64,000 bases of DNA from Malacoraja senta (Eukaryota): the NCBI GenBank assembly GCA_038087875.1, contig CM075994.1, positions 6,386,001 through 6,450,000 on the forward strand. The letters run 5' to 3'. This document shows positions 62,065-64,000 of the stretch, piece after piece; position 1 is the first letter of the stretch; the number at the start of each line of letters is the position of its first letter. A program made the translations under genes and the position numbers. Under the pieces are notes generated by a model that worked only from the letters and a program-made list of their open reading frames with translations, searched no databases and was not told where the DNA came from.

Positions 62065-63464
62065 GAAACATGACCTCTTTCAATAAAGTTCATGAAGTTA
62101 TTAAATTTAAGGGCAGAGCAGTGGTGCAGCTGGTAGAGCCGCTGCCTCGCAGCATCAGAGAACGGAGTTCGATTCTGACCTCTGGTACTCTCTGTGTGCA
62201 GTTTGCATGTTGTTGGGTAGTTTTCCTCCGGGTGCTCCGGTTTCCACCCTTGTAGGTTAATTGGCCCTCAGTAAATTGTCCCTAGTGTATACGGGATGGG
62301 TGAGATAACCGGATAACATAGAACTGGCGTTTGAAGGCACTGGGCCTGTACTCGATGGAGTTTAGAAGGATGAGGGGGGACCTCATTGAAACTTACCGAA
62401 CAGTGAAAGGCCTGGATAGAGTGGATGCGGAGAGGATGTTCTCTTTAGAAAAGGGATGAGAAGGAATTTATTTAGTCTGAAGGTGGTGGAACTCATTGCC
62501 ACAGATGGCTGTGGAGGCCAAGTCAATGGATATTTTTAAGGCGGAGATTGACTGATTCTTGATTAATGAGTGTGTCAGGGGTTATGGGAAGAAGGGAGGA
62601 GAATATTGTTGAGAGGGAAAGACAGATCAGCCATGATTGAATGGCGGAGTAGACTTGATTCAGCCTTATTCTGCTTCTAGAACTTATGGATTTATGGACT
62701 AGTGAGAACGGATGATCGATGGTCGACGTGGTCGACGTGGTTACGGTGGGCCGAAGGACATGTTTCCGTGCTGTATCTGTAAATTAAACCAAACAAAAAC
62801 ATTGACCCAGTTTCTGTCTCTACTGCGACGTTTGTGGTTATGTCCATTATTAAAACCATTTGCTGATCCCCAAGTTCTGACTTCGAGCATTTACTTTCGC
62901 CTCTGCATCATTGAACTATTAACTTGATCGGCACCATTCCCGGATTCCTATTAGCCTATTAAACACTACAACAACGTCCAAATAAACCCTGAACTACACA
63001 GACTATTGAGGGCGGCATGATAGTGCAACGGTATAGTTGCTGCCTTACAGCGCTAGAGGCCCGCGTTCGATCCTGACTGCGGGTGCTGTTTGTACGGAGT
63101 TTGTAAGTTCTCCCTATGACCTGCGTGGGTTTTCCCGGGTGCTCCGGTTCCCTCCCACATTCCAAAGAGATACAGATTTGTAGGTTAATTAGCTTAGGTA
63201 AAATTGTAAATTATCCCTCATGTGTGTATGATAGTGTTAGTGTGTGGGATAACTGGTCGGTGCGGACTAGATTAGCCGAAGGTCCTGTTTCCGCGCTGTA
63301 TTTCTAAACTACACTATACTATTATTGTTATTATTGCATTATTATTGTTTGTTTATATGTACATATATGCGTATTATGTGCGTATGTGCGCGTATATATA
63401 TATATTCAATATTTGCGCACTTATATTCATAAGCGCACATTTTATATATATATATGTGCGTGCA

Positions 63465-63495
<31 letters not shown>

Positions 63496-63564
63496 AGAAA
63501 ATAGACACAAAATGCTGGAGTAACTCAGCGGAACAGGCAGAATCTCTGGACAGAAGGAATGGGT

Positions 63565-63592
63565 AACGTTTCGGGTCGAGACCCTTCTTCAG
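63565..63592 (-). ncRNA. Minimal hammerhead ribozyme core (PLE pLTR)
   Basis: Reverse complement CTGAAGA-A-GGGTCTCGACCC-GAAA-CGTT (GUU site). Confidence 0.62.
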
Positions 63593-64000
63593 ACTGTCCA
63601 GCTGAGTTACTTCAGCATTTCGTGTCTATATTCAGTGTAAACCAGCATCTGCAGTTCCTTAATTTTCTTATATATACACATATAAACACACACACATACA
63701 CACACGCATATATTTTAATATATATATACACATATACGCACACATACGCACATAATACGTATGTGTACATAAAAACAAACAATAACAATGCAATAACAAT
63801 AATAGTATATGTATATATCTGTGTGTGCGTTTATTATATTGTTTACAGTGTACTATATTTACATATTTTGTTGTGCTGCTGCATGTAAGAATTTCATTTT
63901 TCTATCTGGGTCATTTGATAATAAAACATTCTTTTTTGTAATAAAAAATTTTATTGGAGGTAAATACATATCATATTAAAATCGTTACCAGTCTTTCATT

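Larger units (their letters stand above)
55633..63930 (+). repeat. Segmental duplication, copy B, interrupted by about 5.7 kb of nested CR1 and L1
   Basis: 55633-56392 matches 39575-40338 (break at agaacaaag). 62090-63930 matches 40338-42030. Confidence 0.88.

Overview
Eukaryotic (vertebrate) genomic DNA, very repeat-rich. The repeat complement (HE1/V-type tRNA-derived SINEs, CR1 LINEs, Penelope pLTRs) points to a cartilaginous fish, probably a skate or ray (inference). There are four N-gaps. Three elements stand out. (1) At 1782-5643, a defective endogenous retrovirus has inserted into an L1. It comprises a 5' LTR, a tRNA-Lys PBS, gag and an integrase N-terminal remnant, fused directly to an intronless copy of the host KIF5B (kinesin-1 heavy chain) tail and 3' UTR. 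It has no 3' LTR. (2) On the minus strand (38817 to 27970), six phase-compatible exons encode a signal peptide, a short Ser/Thr-rich ectodomain with no Ig domain, a TM helix and two ITIMs carried on duplicated exons. (3) Head-to-head with it on the plus strand (42641 to 54301) is a CD2/SLAM-family gene (leader, IgV, IgC2, TM and a candidate ITSM exon). Decayed V/C2 duplicates lie in its first intron, and its upstream block is segmentally duplicated at the window end. The remainder is CR1, L1, Tx1, Rex1/Babar, Penelope (with hammerhead-ribozyme cores), SINEs, Helitron-like, hAT and MITE elements, and mini/microsatellites. All calls come from reading and hand translation; no database searches were run.
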